Source of the DNA: Psilocybe cubensis
Taxonomy: Eukaryota
Assembly: GCA_017499595.2 (NCBI GenBank)
Contig: CM038998.1
Coordinates: 1,240,001 to 1,304,000 of the forward strand
Length of the DNA stretch: 64,000 bases
Direction: 5' to 3'
The position numbers and the translations under genes are program-made. Under the pieces are notes generated by a model. The model was not told where the DNA came from. It saw only the letters and a program-made list of their open reading frames with translations, and ran no database searches. Shown here piece after piece: positions 43,201-55,718 of this stretch (positions within the stretch are counted from its first letter, which is position 1; every line of letters begins with the position of its first letter).

Positions 43201-45283
43201 TTTCTGCTCTTGTGAATCACATCATTGCGACAGCGAAAACTATTGGCGGTATACTCATTTTCCTCCCGGGGGTTAACGAAATTAGACAGTGTGTGGAAGC
43301 CGTTCGGAGCAGTGTCGGACACAGAGATGCCTTAGTATTGCCTCTCCATGCCAACCTATCGAACGAAGAACAACGCAGAGTATTCCAAACTACGAAAAAT
43401 TGGAAGATCATTGCATCTACTAACGTAGCTGAGGTCAGTATGACACTGACTTCGGCTATGCTATGGCTAACATTTCTGCCAGACCTCCATCACCATAGAT
43501 GATATCATCTATGTCGTTGATGCTGGCAAAGTGAAAGAAACACAATTTGATCCAGAAACCAACATGTCACGCTTGGTAGAAACATGGATTAATCGAGCTG
43601 CGGCGAGACAGAGAAGAGGACGTGCTGGACGTACCCGGCCTGGAGTCTGTTACAAATTGTATACAAGAAAACATGAATTGAGTATGGCTCCATTCCCGGT
43701 GCCAGAAATACTCCGCGTGCCGTTGGAGAGCATTTCTTTGTCTGTGAAAGCAACGCGGGAGGATGAAGATGTAAAGGTAAGCCTATCAATCATTCATCCT
43801 AATCTATCTAACGTTATCTAGGCCTTTTTGAGTAGAGTCATTGACCCTCCGGCTATCGCTGCTTTGGATAGAGCTTGGACAACCTTGGAAGAAATTGGAG
43901 CAATTGATCAAAATGGAGGATTGACGGCACTTGGAAAGTATATGGTAAGATCACTGTTGTTCAGTCTGTTGTGTATGCTCCTGACTCAAACAATTGTCAG
44001 TCAATGCTTCCCGTTGATATAAGACTTGCAAAGGTCTGTAGTCTTTTCTACCCCAGTATCGTCATTTAACTTTAACTATGAAAAGATGTTGATATTGGGT
44101 ACCATATTCCAATGCATTGGACCTGTCGCGACAGTTGCCGCCCTCCTGTCATCAAAGCCGCTATTCAACAGTCCCATGGATAAGCGCGATGAAGCAGCGG
44201 TGTATGTGATCCTTGCCATGTACTTTGAGCTCATGACTTATAACGTCCTCTAGAGCTCGTGCGCGCTTCCTATACGGCGATAGTGACCTGTTGACCGATG
44301 TCAATGCGTTCGATGAATGTATGAAACTGCGCGCTGAAGGAAAGTCGCAGAGCACCATCCGGGCCTTCTATGATCAAGTGAGTGATACGAAATGTCAATT
44401 TGGTCAGTTCGCTTATTAATCAGTGTAGAACTTTATATCTGCAGCGGTTGTTCGAGAAATCACCACTCTTCGACAGGATTTTATTTCCTCCCTGGCTGAA
44501 ATAGGCCTGATTCCTCTAAATTCAAAGCCGACGACGCAAAGTCTTAACACATGCAGCGACAACTTAAACCTCGTTAAAGCTGCAATGCTAGGTGGTCTTT
44601 GGCCTCGTGTCGCCAGAGTCCAGCTGCCAACAGATAAAATTAAATACGATAAAGTATCCGGTGGAACAGTCCAACGTGATAACAGCGCGAAAGATTACAA
44701 AATTCTGGATCTCAAAGAAGGGCGGGTATTCCTCCATCCAGGTAGTGTGCTCTTTGCAAAGTCTACCTGGAAACCTCCTTTTTTGTTCTATTTCCACAAA
44801 TACATGACGAACAAAATATTTCTGAGGGATGCCACCAAGGTGAGGCTCTCTCATTTATCGTACATCGGTCTCTTGTTGACGCCGCTTAGGTGCCCATGTA
44901 TGCTCTTCTATTATTTGGAGGCCCTGTTTCCGTAAACCACATTCGTGGAGGTCTTACTATAGGCAGCAAAGATAATTTCATCAAGCTCGCGGCCATTCCA
45001 CGAATTGGTATTCTCGTTAACCAACTTCGGTATGTTGTATTTCATCTGGTAGTTTGAATCCCTGGTAACACAATTTTGAAGACGCTTGCTGGATGCACAG
45101 CTACAAAGGTCCATAGAGGACGGCACAATGTTGACGGCAGAGTCAGGCAATCCAGTTGTTCATGCCATCATGGCGCTCCTTACGCATGATGGACGCACTG
45201 AAGATCTGGGGACAAATACCCCCACTAATCGTGAAGAGGATTCGAAAACGCCATCCAATAGGGCGAGTCCACTCACGCGTTGA
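40244..45283 (+). CDS. DExH-box RNA helicase, DHX57/Ylr419w/Ucp12-like
   Basis: Heavily spliced. GETG-CGKTTQ; TQPRRLSAISVAARVSEER; VDE-VHER; LMSAT; IFLPG; PLHANL; STNVAE-TSITIDD; QRRGRAGR; VFLHPGS. Confidence 0.9.
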
Positions 45284-45457
45284 TATCAAGATGACTGATC
45301 GTCAAAACGGACATAACCTTAACTCGAGCTTCTGCGACACCTCTCTCAGCCTTTAACAGAGGCACAGGGCCTGCCCGTTTGGCATATAAATTCCATCCAT
45401 GCAGTAAATAAAATGACATTATCTCTATCTCATTCGTTTTGTCCAGTATATTGTCGT

Positions 45458-46012
45458 TCAATAACATGATAGGTCTTTTACAGAGTCAGCGATTGGAGGT
45501 TGCCCTCTTTCTTCCTTCGAATCTAGGACGCTATCTTCTTCCGTTTTTCGTTCTCCAGCTCTCCAGCGCGCAGATTGGAGTCTTGTGTCGGGATTTTGTG
45601 TTTGCTTCTGTTGTTCCTCCCATAGCGCTTGGTCAACCCTGTCCAATTCTTCGAGCGTTGGGCTCGACGCTTCCGATATCATATTAGACGCAGGGTCTGA
45701 CTTGGAAACTATAGCGTCGCCGTCTGTCCGATATGATGAGCAACGATGGTGATGATGGTGCTTATGATGTTTATGATGGACAGGACTCGTTGAAATAAAT
45801 TGGTGGATTCGTGGTTCGGGTGCGAGAGAAGGCCAAAGCCAAAGGACAAAAACAGCTCCTACGCTCTGCCAACGATTTTAAAAGTCCTTCAACAAGGCGA
45901 GTTGAATTTGGCGAGTTCTTGTGCATACCTCTAGATAATGTAGTCCTGTTGCCACTTGAGTAAAAAGCCGAATAAAGAATGGCGGTGGAGCTCCAGTGAG
46001 TGTCTCTGGCAT
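45458..46012 (-). CDS. Small hypothetical protein (~163 aa) with N-terminal hydrophobic motif and poly-His tract
   Basis: Exon 45929-46012 (MPETLTGAPPPFFIRLFTQVATGLHYLE), then a 63-nt GTATGC...GGCAG intron (45866-45928) that removes an in-frame stop, then exon 45458-45865 (SVGAVFVLWLWPSLAPEPRIHQFISTSPVHHKHHKHHHHHRCSS...DLSCY*). Confidence 0.65.
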
Positions 46013-46496
46013 TGACAGTATGATAATAAAGGAGTGGTGAAGGTTGTCAATAATTGAGGGTGATATCTGAAGTATCCCGATGTTCAAACAAAATTCAAGA
46101 GTGAGACCGTCGAACTCAGGGACAGAAGGACATATATGGATCGGTTGAAGGGTGGTCCAGCCTTAAATCCAGCATAAGAGGAAGTCGGCGGCTGAATATT
46201 GTCCTCTGTATGCCGATGTCTCATTGAGCAGTCACATCTTAACCAAATACATAGCAGCCAAACAGCTTGAATAGCAACCGTATGGAAATTCTCGTTACAT
46301 ACAGCGAGAGACGACGAGCCGACCAATGCGACCAACCAATAGTAAAATGTGTTCACAACTTAGAGTACAAATACAGAGAACTAATACAATGTTGTAGTTA
46401 TTAATCGGAACCGAAACTTCGGATAAACACAAACAACCGCCGCGCAAAATGCAAACCTACACTGTTACCATATACAATAGTTCAAAACCATCCGAT

Positions 46497-47240
46497 TCAG
46501 TTGAGTACGGGGACAGATGGTGCCAGTAGCTTTTGTAGCTCCTTAATCGTGGTGAACTTAACGCCCTTTTTCTCCATCTGCGCAAAAGATTTGTCCGACT
46601 CCTCCTTTGAGATGCTTTTAATACCGTCCCTGACCAACCATGTATTGTACCCGTAATCCACTGCATCCAAGGCCGTATACTTGACGCAGTAATCCCCCGC
46701 AAGGCCTGCAAGATATACGTCGGTGACACCCAGCTCCTCCAGGATGCCCGGCAGCTCCGTTTCAGTCTTTCCCCAGACATCGCGGAAGGCAGAGTAAGAC
46801 TCGATCCTAGGGTGTGTTCCCTTGTGCACAACAGCGTCGAATGTGGTTGTCTTCAGCCCGGGAACAAAATCAGCACCACCAGAGTACGCCACGCAGTGTA
46901 TGGGCCACATCGTTAGTTGCGCGCCTTCCTTTTCTTCCTCGTCCCCAGGGTGGAAGACCGTCGCCTTCGAGAAGGTCGGTTTTTGATGGGTCTGCGCGAA
47001 CGAAACGTGGTTGTCGGGGTGGAAGTCTCTGGTGGCAATTCGAGCTTTGAATGGCAGGTCAATCAAAGTGTTGATACGCTCGATTAGGCTCTCCCCTCCA
47101 GGTACAGCAAGTGATCCATAGACAAAGTCATTTTGCATGTCTATGACGAGCAGAGCAGGTACGAATGCAGTTTTATCGCCCTTCGGGGAATCGTCGTTGA
47201 TTTGGATCAGAGGCGGCGTAGTGGAAATCGGTGTGCTCAT
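46497..47240 (-). CDS. PNC1: Nicotinamidase/pyrazinamidase (isochorismatase family), intronless
   Basis: ALLVIDMQNDFVYGSLAVPGG; DFHPDNHVSFA; WPIHCV; VHKG..ESYSAF; GLAGDYCV (D-K-C catalytic triad). First ATG at 47240. Confidence 0.93.
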   Translation of the reverse strand: MSTPISTTPPLIQINDDSPKGDKTAFVPALLVIDMQNDFVYGSLAVPGGESLIERINTLIDLPFKARIATRDFHPDNHVSFAQTHQKPTFSKATVFHPGDEEEKEGAQLTMWPIHCVAYSGGADFVPGLKTTTFDAVVHKGTHPRIESYSAFRDVWGKTETELPGILEELGVTDVYLAGLAGDYCVKYTALDAVDYGYNTWLVRDGIKSISKEESDKSFAQMEKKGVKFTTIKELQKLLAPSVPVLN

Positions 47241-47664
47241 TGTGGTGGAAGGTAGATTGGTGTTACTGCCAGATTTGCTTAGGACATGATGAGACAACCC
47301 CCGTTATCAGCGACCAGATGCAATGTCAATCACGTGTTGGCTAAATATATCGTTTTAGGCGCCCAAAGTTCATTGAGTGAAGGATAGATTCCATTGACTA
47401 CAAGGAAAACAACGAAAGTAATTACTGAATAATTTATAACAAAAGAATCGTGAGGAGTTGTAGTGCGCGATGGATGATGTGGGTCGTTATATAAGTACAT
47501 TGCAAATTCAAAGTGGTGGGCTGAAGAATCAAACATCTCCGGTCTAAATAATTACCATGCAATACGAATCTAGAACAACGATCAGATTAGATGGATTATT
47601 GGCTTGTTGGATTCCATTAGACTTACAGAATTAAATACGTGTAGAGTACCAATGCGAGATGTGA

Positions 47665-49047
47665 TCATGAGCTAGACTCCTGTCGTGGCGTCCAATCAAC
47701 GCTTGCCGACCTCCGCTTAGTCGGACTTCGCGGAGCAGCATTCAACTTTACCCGTCTTATTGACGAAGTTCTGCCTCTATGGCGCTCCGCATCCTCACTG
47801 TCTGATTGATGTGTTGGAGTATGGCGGATTTCATCCTCAAACTGAGGCAGAGTCTTCAGATATGCAGGGTAATCCGGGTTGACTACTGTCGGCGGTGTAG
47901 CAAAATATGGTGCACCGTAAGGGGAAGTCCTCGGAATTGGAGCAGAAACCCGTTTCTGGGCTTTACGATTCAGGAAGGTCGGAGAAAGGCAATCGTTGCA
48001 ACGACCAGAATTGGGAGTTGCAGGGCTCGTCGCAGGCCTCGACGGCGACATTCGGCGAGCGAATGATAAACGAGAAGGTGAAGGCGAGGCCGATTCGACC
48101 GCGGTTACGTCAGGGGCAGTCCTGTTTCGTGACAGGGTCCAAGCAGCAACAATGCCGCCGCTTGCGCGTTTTCCTGGTTCAGATACTGTCGTCTCTGTAA
48201 AGTGAAACAAAAATGCAGACATTAGTAATGTTTATTCATTTTTTACGAGAATATGCTGACCTGTACTGGCTATTGAAGCCTGATCCACCAGTTTTTCCAA
48301 TGGTTCCGGCCGATGTCCCTTGCTATGAAAGCCAAGTTTAAATTTTTGAAGACGAGATGGCTTTGGTAGGGAAGCCTTTGAAGAATGGGGGGATGAATCG
48401 GATTCATGAGCAATATGAACAACCTCTTCCAAACCATCTAACCCAGGCGGACCAATAGGAGTGGGAAGAGTTGAGGTTGATGAACGGGGGCTACCGCATG
48501 CAGAAGAAGGAACGGGGTCGTTTACGAGTGAACCACTATCATTTGATTTTTGCTCCGGCATAGTGTTGCGCCTGATGATGGGAGCAGGCGGGGAGTCTGT
48601 AAAGTATACACGACGAGAATGTTGCTGTGCATCTTCTGGATGAGGGACTAGTATGGGTGTAAGGTTTACTGGGGCAGAAGCACGCCTGATTGGAGTTGGT
48701 GGCGGAATTGATGCACGGCCAGCATCGACTGTAGATCGTCGAACATGTCTGGAGGGCAATCTGGGCTTTGTCTTCTTGACTTCCGGTTCTTCTGGTACTA
48801 CAGTAGCTGTAATTGAAGCTGGGAGAAGCCATCCAAACCATATCGCGAAAATGCTCTGTAACGCGCACGAAATTGAGTCGATGATGAAGCTTAATTAATG
48901 AACGGTTCTTACCACTGCCAAGCCGAGGTGACCAAGAGCTTGTGCAGAGATTAAAATGAGTATAGGTGCGCGGTCGTCATTCTTCTCGAGTACGGTCAAT
49001 TGGTGGTCGTTGGCGTTGGTGTTTTCGTGAAGGGGCTTGCGAGGCAT
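47665..49047 (-). CDS. Hypothetical Pro/Ser/Arg-rich protein with N-terminal hydrophobic motif
   Basis: Exons 48913-49047, 48261-48855 and 47665-48194 with canonical introns join in frame: MPRKPLH...APILILISAQALGHLGLAV^SIFAIWFGWLLPASIT...RTSPYGAPYFATPP. Confidence 0.75.
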
Positions 49048-52000
49048 AGAAAAGGTGATGTACACAAAACCTGAAGAGAAATAGTTGCGAAAAGCAAGGC
49101 ACAATCTGCTCATCGGGCCCGATGTGGGCCTTCAATAGGAGGGCAGGGAGTCAAGGGGAGATAAGCATAGAGTTATAAAGAAAGAGAAAGAAAGGGATGG
49201 CATGTTTAAAATAACAAGTGGCCCATGGGCGCGTTACTGAATTAAAACTCACGAAAAGCGAAGGCCGCATAAACCAATTGTCAGCCCACTTTTCTTTATT
49301 CACGTAAGCAGTCCATGTCACCGGCTCTTTCCGCTCCCTCCTCTTACCTCGTTCCACCTGCTCTGTCTCTCCAAGTACTCCTGCTATACTATCTCTGGCC
49401 CAGTGCATCCAGTGTATTTGCTAGTCCCTCCATCTCCGCTGCTTGCAGAGGTCTGTCGTCGGTCTGGGACTGTCTAGCACCCCGGACCTTTTTTGTCCAA
49501 CAGGCCGTTCTCCCGTGACATTTGTCGTCTGACTCTGTCGAGATGATGCAGACCCAGATGATTTTCCAGTTCTCGAGCCATTTGCGTCACTATTTTAATC
49601 CGCAACCTGCATGTCGTCCCATCCGACGGTTTATGCCAAATTTTGTTCCTTGCTCCCAGTATCTCGCCCGAAGCAATATCTGCTCTCTCGTTGCTAGTCT
49701 GCACCACTGGCAACGTAATTTGCAATTTTCAAATCATCCTTTCGCCCTGTCTCTAGCGTCGTATCCTTGATCAACTTTGGCTCAGAACATACCCCGGACA
49801 TTTTTATCGTGGCCCGAAGGAAGAAGGTCGGGACACCGGGTACCAAATTATTCAGGCCTATGCTCGAATCCGTGTTCCATGTGTAGATCCTGCTTCTGGA
49901 AACAGCATTCTCGCGTTGACGCCAACATGGTTCTACTTGACTCGTCTGACCGGCTTCCGAAGACCTACCCGCTCTGTCGCCTGATTAGACGAAGTCGCCT
50001 TGAATCACGTCTCTGTTGTTTATCATACCTTAACGTAACTGCTCCGCCTCCATCGCCGACTTAGCTACGAACTTGATATAGGAAAAGATCTTCTTTCATT
50101 GTAGATCACAAGCAGCGCCAAAAATACCGTCATTTCCGGGATGGCTAGAATTAACATCGCTCTAAACATGTACGACGTCCTTTAATCACTATTCTTGACG
50201 AATTCATCCGTGCAGTCTTACGCAACTAGCTTTGGAAATTTCCTCTGACGCGTGACAATTTTGTAGACAACTTGTGTATGCTTAACATATCCACCTTCGG
50301 TGTCCGACATGGTAGAATCATTAGATCTATCATTTTGTACACAAAAGATATGCCAAAGAGCAGGATTCTGTTCCAGACTTGAACGTTGGCCGGATTATTG
50401 ACATTTTGCAAGTATATCCGCTCCACTACATCATCCTTTTGACTATTCGCAATCGGAGCACTCATGCTATCAAGTCTTTCCCTATATCAAGCGCCGAAGA
50501 CCGACTATGGTTTTCGTGGCTTTAAACAGCGTCCGGGCATCGGCATGTTGTCAGGTCAAATGCCTGGTCGTGCCTCTGGCAGAGGATACTATAGAGCAAT
50601 CATAATGGGCTTAGTCGTAACCTTGCAGACTCCCCCAGACTTTCTAATCCGTACAATACAAATTTGCACCTACAGTCGCAATTTGACAGGAAGCTCTTTC
50701 TCATTTTCGCCCCAATCACGGCTTTGATTCCGTAATCCCAGATTTTGGTCCAAAATTGGCAGACCAATGTCGAGAGCGTCTATCCTTGTCTGTTGGATGG
50801 TTGGTCAGGCATACTAAATTTACGAAAGGTATGGAGTCTTTCTTCATCTTTAGTCCTTTTCAAACTTGTTAATTTGAGCGACGATCATTACCCCGTTCCG
50901 CTCTATCCCTCCGTTGCAATCGATTTTGAACTACACTTTGTGACACTACCTTGACTCTATTGTATAATGTCTCTATTTTGCCACTCTGCTTTTGTCATCC
51001 AGGGATATGTCGCCAAATTCGTTCGACGATTTGGATGCTAAAGTATTCATACAGAAGCAAGCAATCTTTTCGTAAAAAGATCGATATCATGGGTACTGAA
51101 CAGAGAGCTGGTGACCTAGAACATTCATAACGCTCTCAGGTGACCAAACCATTGCCTCGATATTAGGCAGAAGCGAATCATAAGCCAAATGTAAAACAAA
51201 AGACTATTGTGAGTGGGGGCAAATTCCTCCGACTATATGCTCGATTGGGTTGGCAAATGAGTCACCTGAAGACTTTAAGGGGCGTATACTTTTCAGAAGC
51301 ACGATTTTGTCCGGCTAGGCAGAAAGCATTACATAGAAAGAAATCGTAATGAAACATTGGCGTAAGGTAGAGTACGTAGAGCCATTGTACGTAGAGATCG
51401 GTGAGGCTTGGCTACATTGAGTCTTATTGAGTATGATTTATCTTGACGTTCAGAAAAAGAGCGCCCAACTTCGTCCAATCTGGGAAAAATGACCCTCCAT
51501 GCCAAAGCGTTCGCTGAATTAGATCTTGAGTAGTCAGTACCCACACAATCAAACATAAACCAACTCTCTCACAGTTTTTTTCTACAAAATACTGTTATCT
51601 TCAAGGTGCTAATGATGTTGATTCTCTCTACTCTAGTAGATCCTTGACAGTCCTTGACTCACGGTAAAAAGTCGCAATTTCAAAATCAAATAGTTCTCGC
51701 AGTCACGAATGCCCAGAGTTGATATACCGCACTATCGTGTGCATCACGACATCATAACGGTCCTGATTGCCCGTTTGTTGCCAACTTGGCAGCCTCTGCA
51801 GAAAGCCCCTGAAAGCCCTCACCTTCCTAAATTGGGATATTGACTTCCATATCGGTCATTGGGCTCATGTCCGTTTGAGGTTCGCTCAATAGAAGTGTAA
51901 GTAAATCAAAGGCGACCAGTTTTGGGGCCTCTCTTTTAATCTGGGGAAGCTGTGCTCTGGATTCAAGTTACTCCGTTATAGGCGTTCAATTTATGTACAA

Positions 52001-52651
52001 TGATTGTTACGCACCCCATTAAGATTTATACATCGCCATCTCCTCACCAGCATACTACGCCTTGACTCCATAAAAGTTAAAACACTCAAGCACACACAGG
52101 TACCATCAAATTACCTTGAAATCTCTTGTGAATGTTTTTTCTTGCGTGTCAGTGGAGGTCAGTGACTGTAAAGCATCCGCGTGTAATAGGCGTAAGTGCA
52201 CATTGCCGCATCATGGAGGAGAATTGCGCTTGGCGATTTCTTAGGATTTGTAGTATTATGGGATACTTAGGAATAAAATCTGACATACTCCTACTACTTA
52301 TGAGGGATTTTAATCTCCACACCATACCCGAAATCAACGGTCTGCCTGACGTACGCCGGTGTTCATACCTTCGAATTGGCATCGGAACATCAAGGAATTT
52401 TAAGTCGCCAGTAATAATTACGGGCGTCAAGGACATTGAAGAAGCAATGATATATCAGTACAGCGAGCATCATATACATATGCGTTACTCCAGTGTAGAA
52501 CGCGTGGTATGGTACTGGGTGGAGACACGGAAACTTTGGGCCATTTTTCAAATTTCGAAGTTGTCATCGGCCATTGAGGACCACAGCAGCTCTCATATAA
52601 AGTGTGTCAGTGGTGATTATTGTTGGTACAGATTTCAACAAATCAGTTATC

Positions 52652-53128
52652 ATGTTCACCAATCTCTTCACCTCTCTTAGTTTGGCTGCCACCCTTGCCA
52701 TTTCCTCTGTGCAAGCGGCGAATACAATCAAAGCCTACAGCAACTACGATTGCACAGATCAGTTGGAAATACCGTCAATTGTGACAACAGTTGCCACTCC
52801 TTCGCAGGTAGACATTCTCTCAAGGTACATCTTTAAGAACTACACCGGATCTATTTCCGTCGCGAAACTGCGGCTAACTTACTTTCGTGTTATACAGCCA
52901 TCTGGGAAAAACGATTGCATTCAATACTACACCGGAAGTGGTTGCACTGGAAGTAAAATCCCCGTGTTTACCCTGAACAACCAATGTTTGAAGGTCGACA
53001 CCGGAGGACCTGTTCAGTCTTTCAGGTGCAAACAAAATTCTGTTTGGTGCTCAGGTATATTTGCGTGTCATGTCTGCGACCGTATACGTGAACTCTTGAC
53101 CAAATTGCTTCTGTTCTTAGATGTTTGA
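52652..53128 (+). pseudogene. Small secreted 8-Cys protein gene with an apparent 1-nt frameshift (pseudogene or sequencing error)
   Basis: TATA-like tatataaa at ~52595; signal peptide MFTNLFTSLSLAATLAISSVQA. A frame change at ~52758 gives SVGNTVNCDNSCHSFAGRHSLK ending exactly at a GT donor (52825). Introns 52825-52897 and 53055-53120. Confidence 0.6.
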
Positions 53129-53587
53129 ACACTCGATTCATAAAGTTTGATACCTCCTTTTGGAAGGCATATGTCAAGTTGACTTAATTTCGTCGCGCAA
53201 AAGTACATGCCGTTTGTGTTTAAAGTCTGTAACATGTATAGCACATCACCATCGGTGTGAAAGCCAAAATTATAGGGATTAAGATCATGAAGATTAAGTG
53301 TATGATCTACCTGTTGCATACAGTTACAGCCAGCTGCCACGTTAGATAAAACGAACAACAAAATGACCAATCCTATTCTCAAAGATTTACCGCAGCGCCC
53401 GATTAAATTTCTACGGGTAATAAGAACTGGTGTTCAAGAATAGGTAAATATCAACGTGTCGGTGCTGGAAAATATATCACATACAATTACATTAGAATAG
53501 AAAGCTTGCGTTGTGAAAAAAATTAAGTTTGATGCTGAAACAGAAACGCTGTCTTTTCGAGTGCCTAATTTTGTTCTTTGACCATTG

Positions 53588-55078
53588 TCAAACCAAAATC
53601 CTAGTTATAAGGTCATCAGATTCCGCAGGCAGGGGCTTGATAATTCGAGGCGTTACCTTTCTCTGATCGAAAGGGTACAGGCCCGCAGACACCCGAGTGC
53701 CTGCGATGAGACCACTCCAATCTAACTCCTCGTAAGGAGAGTGGCCTTGTTGTTGCATTCTCCGGAAGTGAGCACGGGCGGTGAGCAAGTTTTGATGCGC
53801 AACGTCAATGGCTGGCATGGGCGAGTTGTGTTTGGCAGTTAACCGACGGATATGACTAGAGAGGGATCAGCGCCGAAACTTGATAACGAAAAGGTTAAGG
53901 ACTCGCGTTGCATCCTTGATACCGCCATCAATGCTGAAACCCTGACTTCCGTCGAAGCTATCATTCATCATCTTTTCGGCATAGTTCACAATGCTGTCGC
54001 GGAATATGTGTCAAGTTGTTTTCAAGAAAAGAATCAACTCCAATTTACCTAGGCGCAGGGAAATACTCTATAGGAAATTGACGTCAGATAACAGATAAAA
54101 ATGGAATGTATAATTGTCAAAGTAACAACCTTTGATGAGGGCGTCGACATGATTTTCGCCGATACCAGATTTTTGAGCAAATGTAAATGCCTCCGCCAAA
54201 ATTTCCAAGTTACCCAGAATTAATGAGTTGGCGAGAAGTTTGAAAGTGAGTGCTGGAATGATGGCTCAGATAACCGGATGAATTCAAAGAGTGGAAAAAT
54301 ACCTTTCTGCAAGTCTCCCCCAAGATCAATAACCCTTTTACCTACGGCGGGTACAAGCCAATAAGCCACCTCCTTCTTGGATCGATAATCGCCGCTCATG
54401 ACGAGCAATAACTGGGACTTTTCAGCTACTATTGGTGAGCCTATGACTGGGCAACTGATGAGGTGCACGCGGGGAAAGTTTGAGAGCATGCTGTCCAGTT
54501 CGGCTACATGTTGTGTCAACTACCATTAGAGTTGAAGTAAGTCAACACCTTACCAGATAAAGATGGGTAAATCTAAGGATAATCTGATTGATCTCTGACT
54601 GACATTGAAAAGGCGATGGACATACTGTGCTTGTTTCGACAAAGATTTTCTCTCGAGTAGGCGGATTACGCTAAAAAAAAGGATGAGAAAGAATCGACGA
54701 TATGTTCTGTGGTGGACTGACTCTTAAAGACGAAGTCAAGCGATTGTAAATTGACCGAACAACGTCGTCATTCGCCAAGTTGACAAAAATGATGTCGCAT
54801 TCTTTTGCTATTTCCTCGGGATCCTTCGCAATACGACACTTTTGATCACCAACTAGTTCAATGAGTTTTTCAGCCTTCGAAACCGTCCGGTTCCATATCA
54901 TAATCGGAGGCAATGGGCCATCGTCCGTTGGGGCATTCAGCGCCAAATTGCGAGTCATCAAGAATCCGATGTTCCCAAGCCCAATGCACCCGATTTGAGG
55001 AGGGAAAAGTTTGGGCGTATGGGGCCTACTGGTATAGGGCGGCGTTGGATTCTCAGGCGTAAGAGTGTCCTGTTGCAT
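53588..55078 (-). CDS. NAD(P)-dependent beta-hydroxyacid dehydrogenase (3-hydroxyisobutyrate/6-phosphogluconate dehydrogenase family)
   Basis: IGCIGLGNIG; IWNRTVSK; CDIIFVNLAND; FVETST-IYP; SCPVIGSP; catalytic FKLLANSL; FDGSQGFSIDGGIKDA. Confidence 0.88.
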
Positions 55079-55718
55079 TGTGTGCTGTTATGAGGATACC
55101 GGTATTGATGCGCTGGTGAGTGGGTTCTTGAACGAGGTCTGAAACCAATAACAGTTGCCTATATAAACCTGGAGTCGATGAAACACAGACATGAGTCTAT
55201 TAGTCACTGACGTAGCATAGGCGCGAGATACGGCGGATGAATCGCATAGTAATACATTGACCCTATAGCAACGCGGAATGTACAAGCCAGTTTGAGAAAT
55301 ATTTTGAGGCCAGCATCGGCTAGCGTTTTTGAGAGCTAAGTTCAGTCAAGTGAAGCCCGTCGTAAGCCTGTCGTCCCAGCGAGCTGCGACGTCCTATAAT
55401 GAAACTTAAATAGGTACCACAAAAGTTTTATCACTTGAGAAGAACTGCTATTTTATATGGATATGGTGAGAACTTGGAGAATACGAGCATATTAGGATTA
55501 GACCAAACTCGGAGTACCGTTCAAGGCAGGAAAGTATTGTACCTGAAGGAGCTGGTTAATGATAATCATGTGACCTCATTTCCAAATCGACGATGCAAGG
55601 GTTCAAGTTCACGATTAGTGCGACGCTACATACCCCGAACGATCTCCATGGACTGGAGTTGCTGTTAATTGACCTGAATAAGAGTACAACATAGTGCACT
55701 TCACTCGAAACTATCGAA

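Noticed and set aside
52132-52680. 182-aa plus-strand ORF
   Set aside because: Random-looking composition (Cys/Trp/Ile-rich), no motif, and it runs through the TATA box and start of the secreted-protein gene.
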